In this document: positions 1 through 7,999 of the stretch, one piece after another
Layout: every line of letters begins with the position of its first letter
Numbering within the stretch: position 1 is the stretch's first letter
Assembly: GCA_944381435.1 (NCBI GenBank)
Contig: CALWLD010000006.1
Location: 4,843-28,842 of the forward strand
From: an uncultured Clostridia bacterium
GTDB taxonomy: Bacteria; Bacillota; Clostridia; Lachnospirales; CAG-274
DNA length: 24,000 nt
Reading direction: 5' to 3'
Position numbers and translations under genes: made by a program
Notes under the pieces: generated by a model
Seen by the model: the letters and a program-made list of their open reading frames with translations, nothing else
Told to the model about the DNA's origin: nothing
Databases searched by the model: none

Positions 1-1077
1 AAATGTTTTTATTGTGATTTTTTATCTTTTAAAGGTAAAGAAGAATATTTTGAGGCATACAAAATAGCACTTTTAAAAGAAATAGAAGATTTTGCTACCT
101 TAAATAAGGATAAATACATTGTAAAAACTATATTTATTGGTGGTGGTACACCTTCAATACTTCCTATAGGTTATATAGGGGAAATATCTAGCAAGATATA
201 TTCTTTATTTAATGTAGATAAAAATATAGAATTTACAATAGAGGCAAACCCAGGTACATTATGCCTTGATAAAATAAAACATTTTAAAGATAGCAACATA
301 AACAGGATAAGCCTTGGCTTACAAGCTTATCAAAACAGGCTTCTTAAAAAAATAGGTAGAATACACACTATAGAAGATTTTTTACAAAACTATGAAAATA
401 TCAGAAAAGTAGGCTTTGAAAATGTTAATGTAGATTTAATGTTTTCTTTGCCTACACAAACTAAAGATGATTTTAAAGAAACCCTTGATAACATTGCAAG
501 GTTAAAGCCAGAGCATATATCTACATATAGCCTTATTTTAGAAGAAGGCACAAAATTTTACGATATGTATGAAAAAGGGGAATTTAGCTTATTTAGCGAT
601 GAGCTAGACAGAGAGCTTTATTATTTAGCAATAAACATTTTACAAAAAAATGGATATAATCAATATGAAATATCTAATTTTTGTAAGCCTAACAAAGAAT
701 GTAAACATAACATTGTTTATTGGAAGAGAAAAGAATATATAGGATTTGGGCTTGGAGCAAGCTCATTAATTAATGAAAAAAGAATAATAAATACAACAAA
801 TTTTAAAGATTATATAAATTTTAACAACAATAGAGAAATAGAAATATTAGAAAAAAGGGATATGTATAGCGAATTTATATTTTTAGGTCTTAGAATGACA
901 GAAGGTATTAAAAAATCAGATTTTTATAAAAATTTTAACATTGATATATATGATGTTTATAAAAAAGAAATAGAAAAATTTATAAAAAATGGTTTATTAA
1001 TAGAAGAAGATGATTATTTAAGGCTTTCTAAAAAGGGTATAGACCTTTCTAATGTTGTTTTTTCTGAATTTATATAA
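1..1077 (+). CDS. hemW: Radical SAM family heme chaperone / coproporphyrinogen III oxidase-like protein (HemW/HemN family); 5' end lies outside the window
   Basis: Frame 1 is open from base 1 and joins the tracked ORF 439..1077. The translation starts KCFYCDF (end of the CxxxCxxC radical SAM motif). It then shows IFIGGGTPS, EANPGT, NRISLGLQ and GRIH, followed by a HemN C-terminal-like tail. Confidence 0.85.
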   Translation, partial: KCFYCDFLSFKGKEEYFEAYKIALLKEIEDFATLNKDKYIVKTIFIGGGTPSILPIGYIGEISSKIYSLFNVDKNIEFTIEANPGTLCLDKIKHFKDSNINRISLGLQAYQNRLLKKIGRIHTIEDFLQNYENIRKVGFENVNVDLMFSLPTQTKDDFKETLDNIARLKPEHISTYSLILEEGTKFYDMYEKGEFSLFSDELDRELYYLAINILQKNGYNQYEISNFCKPNKECKHNIVYWKRKEYIGFGLGASSLINEKRIINTTNFKDYINFNNNREIEILEKRDMYSEFIFLGLRMTEGIKKSDFYKNFNIDIYDVYKKEIEKFIKNGLLIEEDDYLRLSKKGIDLSNVVFSEFI

Positions 1078-1092
1078 AAAGGGGAAAAAATT

Positions 1093-1818
1093 TTGATTAG
1101 ATTACAAAAGTTTTTAGCCGATTGTGGTATATGTTCAAGAAGAAAAGCAGAAGAACATATATTAGCAGGTGATGTAAAGGTAAATAACAAGATAGTTACA
1201 GAGCTTGGCGTAAAAATAGATGAGATAAAAGATAAGGTTTGTTTTAAAAATAAACCTATAAAAATAGAGGAAAAAAAAGTTTATATTATGTTAAATAAGC
1301 CAGAAGGTTGCGTTACAACTGCTAAAGAGCAGTTTGATAGAAAAACGGTTTTTGACTATATAGATATAAAAGAGCGTGTTGTACCTGTTGGTAGGCTAGA
1401 CTATGATACGTCAGGGCTTTTGTTGCTTACAAATGATGGAGATTTAACATATAAATTAACTCACCCAAAGCATAATATAAAAAAAGTGTATATTGCTAAA
1501 GTTTTGGGAGTGCCAAATGAGGAAAAGCTAGAAAAATTTAAAAAAGGACTTGTTATAGACGGTTATAAAACAGCACCTGCTAATATAGAAATATTAGAAA
1601 AAGACAATAAATATGCAACTCTTAAAATAACTATAACAGAAGGCAGAAACAGGCAAGTTAGAAAAATGTGCCAAGTTATAGGACATAAGGTTATTAAATT
1701 AAAAAGGGTTGCTATAGATAAAATAAACCTTGGTAATTTAAAAATCGGGGAATACAGATATTTAACAAAAGAAGAAATACTATATCTTAAAAAAATTTGT
1801 GAAAAATTTGTTAATTAA
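1093..1818 (+). CDS. rluB: Pseudouridine synthase, RsuA/RluB family (N-terminal S4 domain)
   Basis: TTG start preceded by AAAGGGG. S4-like N-terminus (RLQKFLADCGICSRRKAEEHI) and catalytic motif GRLDYDTSGLLLLTNDG. Confidence 0.85.
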   Translation: MIRLQKFLADCGICSRRKAEEHILAGDVKVNNKIVTELGVKIDEIKDKVCFKNKPIKIEEKKVYIMLNKPEGCVTTAKEQFDRKTVFDYIDIKERVVPVGRLDYDTSGLLLLTNDGDLTYKLTHPKHNIKKVYIAKVLGVPNEEKLEKFKKGLVIDGYKTAPANIEILEKDNKYATLKITITEGRNRQVRKMCQVIGHKVIKLKRVAIDKINLGNLKIGEYRYLTKEEILYLKKICEKFVN

Positions 1819-1820
1819 AC

Positions 1821-1849
1821 TTGACTTTTTTGGTTGGACATAGTATCAT
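1821..1849 (+). promoter_or_regulatory. Putative sigma-A promoter of the flavodiiron gene (TTGACT-N17-TATCAT)
   Basis: -35 TTGACT at 1821-1826, a 17-nt spacer, and -10 TATCAT at 1844-1849, about 60 nt upstream of the start codon. AT-rich DNA yields chance matches. Confidence 0.45.
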
Positions 1850-1910
1850 ATTTTTATTAATGATAATTTTATAATAAATTTTATAATACTTTAAAGGGAG
1901 TGTAAACAAA

Positions 1911-3089
1911 ATGAAGGGACATTTAAAAGTTAAAGATGATATATTTTGGGTTGGAGCTTTAGATTTTGACATTAGAACATTTGATGTTGTTATGTATACA
2001 GAATATGGCACAACCTATAATTCTTATGTTGTTAAAGGTAGCGAAAAAACAGCTCTTATTGAAGCTAGCAAAGGTAAATTTTTTGATGAACATTTAGAAA
2101 GACTAAACAGCATAACAAGTGTTGATAAAATTGATTATTTAGTAGTAAACCATACAGAACCAGACCATACAGGAGCTATAGAAAAGCTTTTAGATATTAA
2201 CCCTGATATGACTATAATAGGTTCAGCTTTCGCTATAAGATTTTTAAAAGAAATAACAAACAAAGATTTTAACAGCAAAGTAGTAAAAGACGGGGAAGAA
2301 ATAAGCCTTGGTAACAAAACTTTAACATTTTTAAGTGTGCCTTTTTTACATTGGCCAGATTCTATGTACACATATATTAAAGAAGACAAAGCCTTATTTA
2401 CTTGCGACTCTTTTGGCTGTCATTATTGTGATGAAAAAGTATTTAACGATTTAATAGAAGGTGACTTCTTAGATGCTTATAAATATTACTTTGATTGCAT
2501 AATGGGACCTTTTAAAGAATATATACAAAAGGCTCTTGACAAAATTAAAGACTTAGACATAGAAACTATCTGTCCAGGGCACGGACCTGTGCTTAGAACA
2601 GATTTAGACAAATATATACAATACTACAGAGAATGGTCTAAAAATGATAAAGTAGATGAAATAGTTGTAGGCTATGTATCTGCTTATGGTTATACAGAAA
2701 CTTTAGCTAAAGAGGTTGTAAAAGGTATAGAAGAAACAGGTTTAAAAGCTAAGCTTTACAACTTAGAAACAGCAGATAAAAATGAAGTTTTAGCAAATAT
2801 AGCTGTTGCTAAAGGTTTATTAATTGGTACACCTACTATTGCAGATGACACATTACCTCCTGTTTGGGATATCTTAGTATCTTTAAATGCTAATGTGCAT
2901 AAAGGTTTAAAAGCAGGTGTTTTTGGTTCTTATGGTTGGAACGGTGCTGGTATAACAAACGTTGAAGGACGTTTTGCACAGTTAAAATTTAAAATGCCTG
3001 TTGAAGCTTTAAAAATACCATTTAACCCATCTACAGAGCAAAAAGAATTAGCATATAATTTTGGTAAAGAATTCGCTAATAATATATAA
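1911..3089 (+). CDS. fprA: FprA-family A-type flavoprotein (flavodiiron protein: metallo-beta-lactamase-like domain plus flavodoxin domain); O2/NO detoxification
   Basis: 392 aa. Diiron MBL-type motif VVNHTEPDHTG, and a C-terminal flavodoxin-like half (VVGYVSAYGYTETLAKEV ... GTPT). RBS GGGAG lies upstream. Confidence 0.85.
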   Translation: MKGHLKVKDDIFWVGALDFDIRTFDVVMYTEYGTTYNSYVVKGSEKTALIEASKGKFFDEHLERLNSITSVDKIDYLVVNHTEPDHTGAIEKLLDINPDMTIIGSAFAIRFLKEITNKDFNSKVVKDGEEISLGNKTLTFLSVPFLHWPDSMYTYIKEDKALFTCDSFGCHYCDEKVFNDLIEGDFLDAYKYYFDCIMGPFKEYIQKALDKIKDLDIETICPGHGPVLRTDLDKYIQYYREWSKNDKVDEIVVGYVSAYGYTETLAKEVVKGIEETGLKAKLYNLETADKNEVLANIAVAKGLLIGTPTIADDTLPPVWDILVSLNANVHKGLKAGVFGSYGWNGAGITNVEGRFAQLKFKMPVEALKIPFNPSTEQKELAYNFGKEFANNI

Positions 3090-3103
3090 AATCTATTATA
3101 AAT

Positions 3104-3135
3104 AAAAGGTTGTAGGTTTCTACAACCTTTTATTT
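3104..3135. terminator. Intrinsic terminator hairpin after fprA
   Basis: AAAAGGTTGTAG (3104-3115), loop GTTT, CTACAACCTTTT (3120-3131). The flanks extend the palindrome, and T-rich sequence follows. Confidence 0.75.
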
Positions 3136-3179
3136 ATAATAATACAATGTATGTGATTAATTATAAAGGTGAAAACTGT

Positions 3180-3407
3180 ATGAAAAATAAAAAAATATAC
3201 ATAGGGTTTATAATAATAATTTTGTCTCTTATAATATCTTATTTTAAAATAGATTATTATGTACAAAAAAATAATGAAAATAATAAAAATATTATACGAT
3301 ATGGGAAAAATATTAAAGTTGGAGATATAATAAATATAAATGGTAACAAAGAAAAAGTAATAAAAATACTAGAAGATGGTTATTATATAACAAAAATAAT
3401 AGAATAA
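3180..3407 (+). CDS. Hypothetical small membrane-anchored protein (75 aa from the internal ATG)
   Basis: ATG at 3180 is preceded by AAAGGTGA. One N-terminal hydrophobic helix (IYIGFIIIILSLIISYF) followed by a Lys/Asn-rich tail. No family recognised. The tracked start at 3147 lacks an RBS. Confidence 0.45.
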   Translation: MKNKKIYIGFIIIILSLIISYFKIDYYVQKNNENNKNIIRYGKNIKVGDIININGNKEKVIKILEDGYYITKIIE

Positions 3408-3432
3408 TTAATTTTATTGTAATAAAAAAAAC

Positions 3433-3461
3433 TTGACTTAAATGTATATGCAATGTATAAT
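3433..3461 (+). promoter_or_regulatory. Putative sigma-A promoter of the permease gene (TTGACT-N17-TATAAT)
   Basis: -35 TTGACT at 3433-3438, a 17-nt spacer, and a consensus -10 TATAAT at 3456-3461, about 40 nt upstream of ATG 3502. Confidence 0.55.
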
Positions 3462-3501
3462 TATGAAATATTAATTTTTTTTGAGAGAAAGGAGAAAAAA
3501 T

Positions 3502-4848
3502 ATGGAACATAACAAAAAATATGGCTTATTTACAGCTATAACAATGATTATAGGGATAGTGGTAGGTTCTGGTATATTTTTTAAGGCAGATGATGTTTTA
3601 ACTTATACTAACGGCAACGTACTTTTAGGTATATTTATATTTTGTATAGCAGCTATAGCCATAATATTTGGGAGTCTTTCTATATCTCAACTGGCAACAC
3701 GAACTGATAATCCTGGTGGTATTATATCTTATGCAGAAGAATTTGTAAACAAAAAGACAGCAGCAGCTTTTGGTTGGTTTCAAGTATTTTTATATTTACC
3801 ATCTATAGCAGCAGTTGTATCTTGGGTATCAGGTATATACATTTGTCAGTTATTTAATATACAAAATACATATCTAAATCCATACACAATAGGATTTATA
3901 GTTATAGTTATATGCTACTTAATAAATATATTATCTGCTAAATTTGGTGGATATTTTCAAAATGGATCTATGATAATAAAGCTTATACCATTAGTTTTAT
4001 TTGCTATATTTGGGCTTGTAAAAGGTGACCCTGTAAACAATTTAATGCTTGATATTGAAAATGTGAAAACAACAGGAATAAGTCTAGGAATATTAGCAGC
4101 TTTTGGTCCTATTGCTTTTTCATTTGATGGTTGGATAATATCTACATCTATATGCCACGAGATAAAAAATAGTAAAAGAAATTTACCTTTAGCTTTAATA
4201 ATATCACCTATAGTTATATTATTAGCTTATGTGTTATATTTTGTTGGCGTTAGTATATTTGTAGGACCTGAGAATGTATTACAGCTTGGAGATAATAGTG
4301 TAAATCAAATGGCTAATAATTTGTTTGGACCAATTGGTGCAAAAGTAATGTTAGTTTTTGTTGTTATATCTGTATTAGGTACTGTAAATGGTGTTATCCT
4401 TGGTATGATAAGAATGCCTTATTCTTTAGCAATTAGAAATATGGTGCCTTTTAGCAAAAGTTTATCAAAACAAAATAAAAAACTTCAAAATATGCCTTTA
4501 AATTCTGCTATATTTGCTTTTATTGTAACTTTAGCTTGGTATATATTACATTATATAACACAAGAAGGTATAAATGGTAGTGAAGGTATTTTATATCAAA
4601 AAGGTGATGTTTCTGAAATATCTATATGTATAGGATACTTAAATTATTGCGTTTTATATATAGTTATCTTAAAATTAGCTAAAAAAGGTGAAATTAAAAA
4701 TAAATTTATGGGATACTTTGTACCTATAATGGCTATAATAGGCTCATTTATAATATTATCTGGTGGATTTGCAAATCCTTTATTTATATATTATCTTATT
4801 ATATGTTTAGCTGTTATGTTTATAGGATACTTATATTATAAAAAATAA
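3502..4848 (+). CDS. APC-superfamily amino acid permease
   Basis: About 12 predicted hydrophobic helices. N-terminal signature LFTAITMIIGIVVGSGIFFK. ATG 3502 follows AAAGGAG, whereas the tracked TTG 3481 overlaps that RBS. Confidence 0.8.
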   Translation: MEHNKKYGLFTAITMIIGIVVGSGIFFKADDVLTYTNGNVLLGIFIFCIAAIAIIFGSLSISQLATRTDNPGGIISYAEEFVNKKTAAAFGWFQVFLYLPSIAAVVSWVSGIYICQLFNIQNTYLNPYTIGFIVIVICYLINILSAKFGGYFQNGSMIIKLIPLVLFAIFGLVKGDPVNNLMLDIENVKTTGISLGILAAFGPIAFSFDGWIISTSICHEIKNSKRNLPLALIISPIVILLAYVLYFVGVSIFVGPENVLQLGDNSVNQMANNLFGPIGAKVMLVFVVISVLGTVNGVILGMIRMPYSLAIRNMVPFSKSLSKQNKKLQNMPLNSAIFAFIVTLAWYILHYITQEGINGSEGILYQKGDVSEISICIGYLNYCVLYIVILKLAKKGEIKNKFMGYFVPIMAIIGSFIILSGGFANPLFIYYLIICLAVMFIGYLYYKK

Positions 4849-4862
4849 ATTTAATAGCTTTT

Positions 4863-4905
4863 AAAAATAACCTAACTATATATTTATATAGTTAGGTTAT
4901 TTTTA
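4863..4905 (+). terminator. Intrinsic terminator after the permease gene
   Basis: 16-bp perfect arms, ATAACCTAACTATATA (4867-4882) and TATATAGTTAGGTTAT (4885-4900), followed by TTTTT. Confidence 0.75.
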
Positions 4906-4927
4906 ATTACAATTAAGGTAAGACTTG

Positions 4928-4983
4928 ATTTATTTAGATAAAATTTATATACGATTTTTGTATTAAATTTTATCTAAATAAAT
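4928..4983. repeat. Perfect 19-bp inverted repeat with an 18-nt spacer
   Basis: ATTTATTTAGATAAAATTT (4928-4946) is the exact reverse complement of AAATTTTATCTAAATAAAT (4965-4983). Neither strand has a proper U-tract after it. Confidence 0.7.
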
Positions 4984-5179
4984 TTTAGGAGTGCCTGTTT
5001 TTGAATACAAAGTATTCAAAAAATTGTTTATAAAATTTACATATATTACCTTGTATTAGTTTTATATATTTTCACATAATAAAGTTACAAGGTTAATAAT
5101 TAATATATCTTAAAAGATGTATATATTAATAATCTTGTTGACAATAGAGTAAAATGACAAAATTATGAGGTGATTTATT

Positions 5180-5386
5180 ATGGCAAGTAATAGAAAAGCA
5201 GTTCCAGAAGCAAGAGCAGCCCTTGATGCATTTAAATATGAGGTTGCAAATGAAATAGGAGTGCCTTTAAAAAAAGGCTATAATGGAGATTTAACTTCAT
5301 ATCAAAATGGTTCTGTTGGTGGCTATATGGTTAAAAAAATGATAGAAGCACAAGAAAGACATATGGCTGGAAACCAAAATAGTTAA
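5180..5386 (+). CDS. Alpha/beta-type small acid-soluble spore protein (SASP)
   Basis: 68 aa. YEVANEIGV (a germination-protease-type E-x-A-x-E site) and NGSVGGYMVKKMIE, the DNA-binding SASP signature. RBS GAGGTG. Confidence 0.9.
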   Translation: MASNRKAVPEARAALDAFKYEVANEIGVPLKKGYNGDLTSYQNGSVGGYMVKKMIEAQERHMAGNQNS

Positions 5387-5420
5387 TATATTATTTATAT
5401 AAAATAGTATATTAAAAAAT

Positions 5421-5457
5421 AAAAGCTTATAGTATATAATATACTATAAGCTTTTTA
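5421..5457 (+). terminator. Intrinsic terminator after the SASP gene
   Basis: AAAAGCTTATAGTATAT (5421-5437) pairs with ATATACTATAAGCTTTT (5439-5455), followed by T residues. Confidence 0.75.
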
Positions 5458-5605
5458 TAATTAAGCTATATTTAACTATATTTTATAAAATTAGTTGTTT
5501 AATACTTTTAAATATTATTTATTATTACATTATATGTTATTTTTACATATAAAAATAGGTAAGATTATTTATTATAATATAAATAGTTTAATTTTCCTAA
5601 TAAAT

Positions 5606-5634
5606 TTGACAATATAAGCTTTTTGTAATAAAAT
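5606..5634 (+). promoter_or_regulatory. Putative sigma-A promoter for rimM-trmD-rnz (TTGACA-N17-TAAAAT)
   Basis: -35 TTGACA at 5606-5611, a 17-nt spacer, and -10 TAAAAT at 5629-5634, about 35 nt upstream of the rimM start. Confidence 0.45.
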
Positions 5635-5667
5635 TAAATATAAATACTTAAGGAGAAATTTTATAAT

Positions 5668-6171
5668 ATGTCAGATTATTTTGTTATTGGTAAAATAGTT
5701 AATGCACAAGGGATAAAAGGTGAGGTTAGAGCTATACCTACTACAGACGATATAAATAGATTTAAAAATCTAAAAGAAGTTTATATATCTAGAAAAAATG
5801 ATATGAGCTTGCATAAGATAGAAACAGTTAGATTTCATAAACAATTTGTACTTTTAAAATTTGAAGATATAAATACAAGAAACGATGCAGAACTTCTTAA
5901 AAATACAGAGATAAAAATAGATAAAGAAAATGCTATTCCTTGTGATGAAAATGAATACTATATTAGCGATTTATACAATATGAAAGTTGTTACAGATGAA
6001 GGGGAAGATATAGGAATAATAGAAGATATTATCTTTACAGGAGCAAACGATGTATATATTGTAAAAAAAGATGATAGCCAGATTTTAATACCTGCTATAA
6101 AACAATGCATTTTAAATGTAGATATTAATGAAAAAATAATGACAGTACATCTTTTAGAGGGCTTAAGATAA
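5668..6171 (+). CDS. rimM: 16S rRNA processing protein RimM
   Basis: 167 aa. N-terminal VIGKIVNAQGIKGEVR and a C-terminal PRC-barrel-like half. Sits directly upstream of trmD, overlapping it by 1 nt (TAATG). Confidence 0.9.
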   Translation: MSDYFVIGKIVNAQGIKGEVRAIPTTDDINRFKNLKEVYISRKNDMSLHKIETVRFHKQFVLLKFEDINTRNDAELLKNTEIKIDKENAIPCDENEYYISDLYNMKVVTDEGEDIGIIEDIIFTGANDVYIVKKDDSQILIPAIKQCILNVDINEKIMTVHLLEGLR

Positions 6172-6902
6172 TGAATTTTTACGTTTTAACACTATTTCCT
6201 GAAATGATTGAAAATGGGCTAAACCATAGCATTATAAAAAGAGCTTTAGAAAATAAAATAATAAATATAAATTGTATTAATATACGAGATTTTGCCAATA
6301 ATAAGCATAACCAAGTAGATGATTATGCTTATGGTGGGGGTGCTGGTATGGTTATAAAGCCTACACCTGTTTATGATAGCTATTTAAGCATAAAAGATAA
6401 GGTTAAAGAAGGTACCAGAGTTTTATATATGACACCCCAAGGCAAAACATTTAATCAAAAAATGGCACAAGATTTTTCAAAAGAAGAAGACTTGATTATT
6501 TTATGTGGTCATTACGAAGGTATAGATGAGAGAGTTATTGAAGAAATTGTTACAGATGAAATATCTATAGGTGATTTTATATTAACAGGTGGAGAGCTAC
6601 CTGCTATGATGCTTATAGATAGTATATCAAGGTTAGTGCCAAAAGTTTTAGGAAAAGAGGAAAGCTTTTTAAACGAAAGTTTTAACAACAATTTATTAGA
6701 ACATCCAAACTATACAAGACCCTTTATTTTTAACGATAAAAAGGTACCAGATATATTATTATCTGGTAACCATAAAAAAATAGAACAATGGAAAAAACAA
6801 CAATCTTTAATAAGAACTTACAAAAAAAGACCAGATTTACTAAAAAATTATGATTTAACTAAAGAAGAAAAAGAATTTTTACAAAATTATTTTGAAAATT
6901 AG
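6171..6902 (+). CDS. trmD: tRNA (guanine37-N1)-methyltransferase TrmD
   Basis: 243 aa. LTLFPEM, DDYAYGGGAGMV, CGHYEGIDERV and GDFILTGGELPAM are classic TrmD (SPOUT) motifs. Confidence 0.95.
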   Translation: MNFYVLTLFPEMIENGLNHSIIKRALENKIININCINIRDFANNKHNQVDDYAYGGGAGMVIKPTPVYDSYLSIKDKVKEGTRVLYMTPQGKTFNQKMAQDFSKEEDLIILCGHYEGIDERVIEEIVTDEISIGDFILTGGELPAMMLIDSISRLVPKVLGKEESFLNESFNNNLLEHPNYTRPFIFNDKKVPDILLSGNHKKIEQWKKQQSLIRTYKKRPDLLKNYDLTKEEKEFLQNYFEN

Positions 6903-6910
6903 GTGATATT

Positions 6911-7834
6911 ATGCTAGATGTTTGTTTATTAGGCGTAGGTGGTATGATGCCTTTGCCAGATAGGTTTTTAACCTCAATGTTATTTAGGTTAAACGGTAAA
7001 ATGCTTCTTATAGATTGTGGCGAAGGTACACAGGTTACAGCTAAAATGCTTGGTTGGGGCTTTAAGAACATAGATATAATTTGTTTTACACACCTACACG
7101 CAGACCATATATCAGGGTTGCCCGGCTTGTTGCTTACAATAGGTAACTCTAACAGAGAAGAACCTCTTACAATAATAGGTCCTGTTGGTATTAAAAATGT
7201 TTATAACGGGCTAGCTACTATTTTTCCTGAATTACCATTTGATGTAGATATAATAGAGCTAGATATAAACGAAGAAAACAACACAAGTAAAGAGCTAGAA
7301 ATATCAGGTTTTAGCATACAAGCTATGTTTGTAGAGCATAAGATACCTTGCTTTGCTTATAGCATACAAATTAAAAGAAAAGGTAAGTTTTTACCAGAAA
7401 AAGCTTTAGAGCTTAATATACCAAAGAATTTATGGGGGATGTTACAAAAAGGGCAAGAGGTAGAGCATAACGGTGAAATTTTTAAGCCGAATATGGTTTT
7501 AGGTGATGATAGACAAGGAATAAAAGTATGCTATTGCACAGATAGCAGACCTTTAGAAAGGTTACATAGCTTTATACAAAATGCAGATTTATTTGTTTGT
7601 GAAGGTATGTATGGTGAAGAAGAAAAAAAAGAAGGAGCAATAACTAAAAAACATATGATTTTTAGCGAAGCTGCTACTATGGCTAAAGAAGGTAACGTAG
7701 ATGAACTTTGGCTTACACATTTTAGCCCAGCTTTAACAGAACCTAGCCAGTTTTTACAAAATGCAACTAATATATTTGAAAATACAGTTATAGGCTATGA
7801 CAGAATAAATAAAACAATTTATTTTAAAGAATAA
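6911..7834 (+). CDS. rnz: Ribonuclease Z (MBL-fold tRNA 3' endonuclease)
   Basis: 307 aa. LIDCGEGTQ and the HxHxDH motif THLHADHISGLPGLL. Length and layout match short-form RNase Z. Starts 8 nt after the trmD stop, with AGGTGA as RBS. Confidence 0.75.
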   Translation: MLDVCLLGVGGMMPLPDRFLTSMLFRLNGKMLLIDCGEGTQVTAKMLGWGFKNIDIICFTHLHADHISGLPGLLLTIGNSNREEPLTIIGPVGIKNVYNGLATIFPELPFDVDIIELDINEENNTSKELEISGFSIQAMFVEHKIPCFAYSIQIKRKGKFLPEKALELNIPKNLWGMLQKGQEVEHNGEIFKPNMVLGDDRQGIKVCYCTDSRPLERLHSFIQNADLFVCEGMYGEEEKKEGAITKKHMIFSEAATMAKEGNVDELWLTHFSPALTEPSQFLQNATNIFENTVIGYDRINKTIYFKE

Positions 7835-7922
7835 AATACTATCTACAGATTTAGGTTTAAAAATATAAATATAAAATATTAAGTAAATTTATACAGTTTT
7901 ATTAATTAAAAAATAAAAAACT

Positions 7923-7948
7923 ATAAACTTTTAAAAAATTTTATCGTA
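7923..7948 (+). promoter_or_regulatory. ECF-type (sigW-like) promoter candidate: ATAAAC-N16-CGTA upstream of the sigma gene
   Basis: AAAC ends at 7928 and is followed by T-rich sequence. Exactly 16 nt later, CGTATAA begins at 7945. This resembles the Bacillus ECF consensus TGAAAC-N16-CGTA (from memory), placed where an autoregulated promoter is expected. Confidence 0.45.
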
Positions 7949-7999
7949 TAATTAATTATACATAGGATAGATGAAATTTTGACATATGGAGTGATGAAA

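Noticed and set aside
1851-1890. PerR/Fur 7-1-7 inverted-repeat box in the fprA leader
   Set aside because: TGATAAT and TTATAAT half-site-like words are present. No 7-1-7 inverted arrangement matches TTATAATnATTATAA or TGATAATnATTATCA, so only the direct repeat is reported.
1811-3510. Minus-strand ORFs 1811..2011, 2135..2389 and 3313..3510
   Set aside because: They overlap the fprA promoter and CDS, or the small ORF and permease promoter, on the opposite strand. They have no translation signals and are probably AT-rich shadow frames.
5001-5033. 10-codon TTG-initiated mini-ORF (MNTKYSKNCL) after the orphan AGGAGTG
   Set aside because: It is too short and uses a non-ATG start. It coincides with a palindrome that explains the sequence equally well, and nothing suggests a leader-peptide function upstream of an SASP gene.
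5138-5166. Perfect TTGACA at 5138-5143 upstream of the SASP gene, considered as a sigma-A promoter
   Set aside because: The best -10 candidates 16-17 nt downstream (AAATTA, AATTAT) are poor. They would also place the transcription start on top of the RBS. In addition, SASP genes are expected to be forespore-specific.
6859-7071. 70-aa minus-strand ORF spanning the trmD/rnz junction
   Set aside because: It is antisense to two conserved genes and has no RBS.
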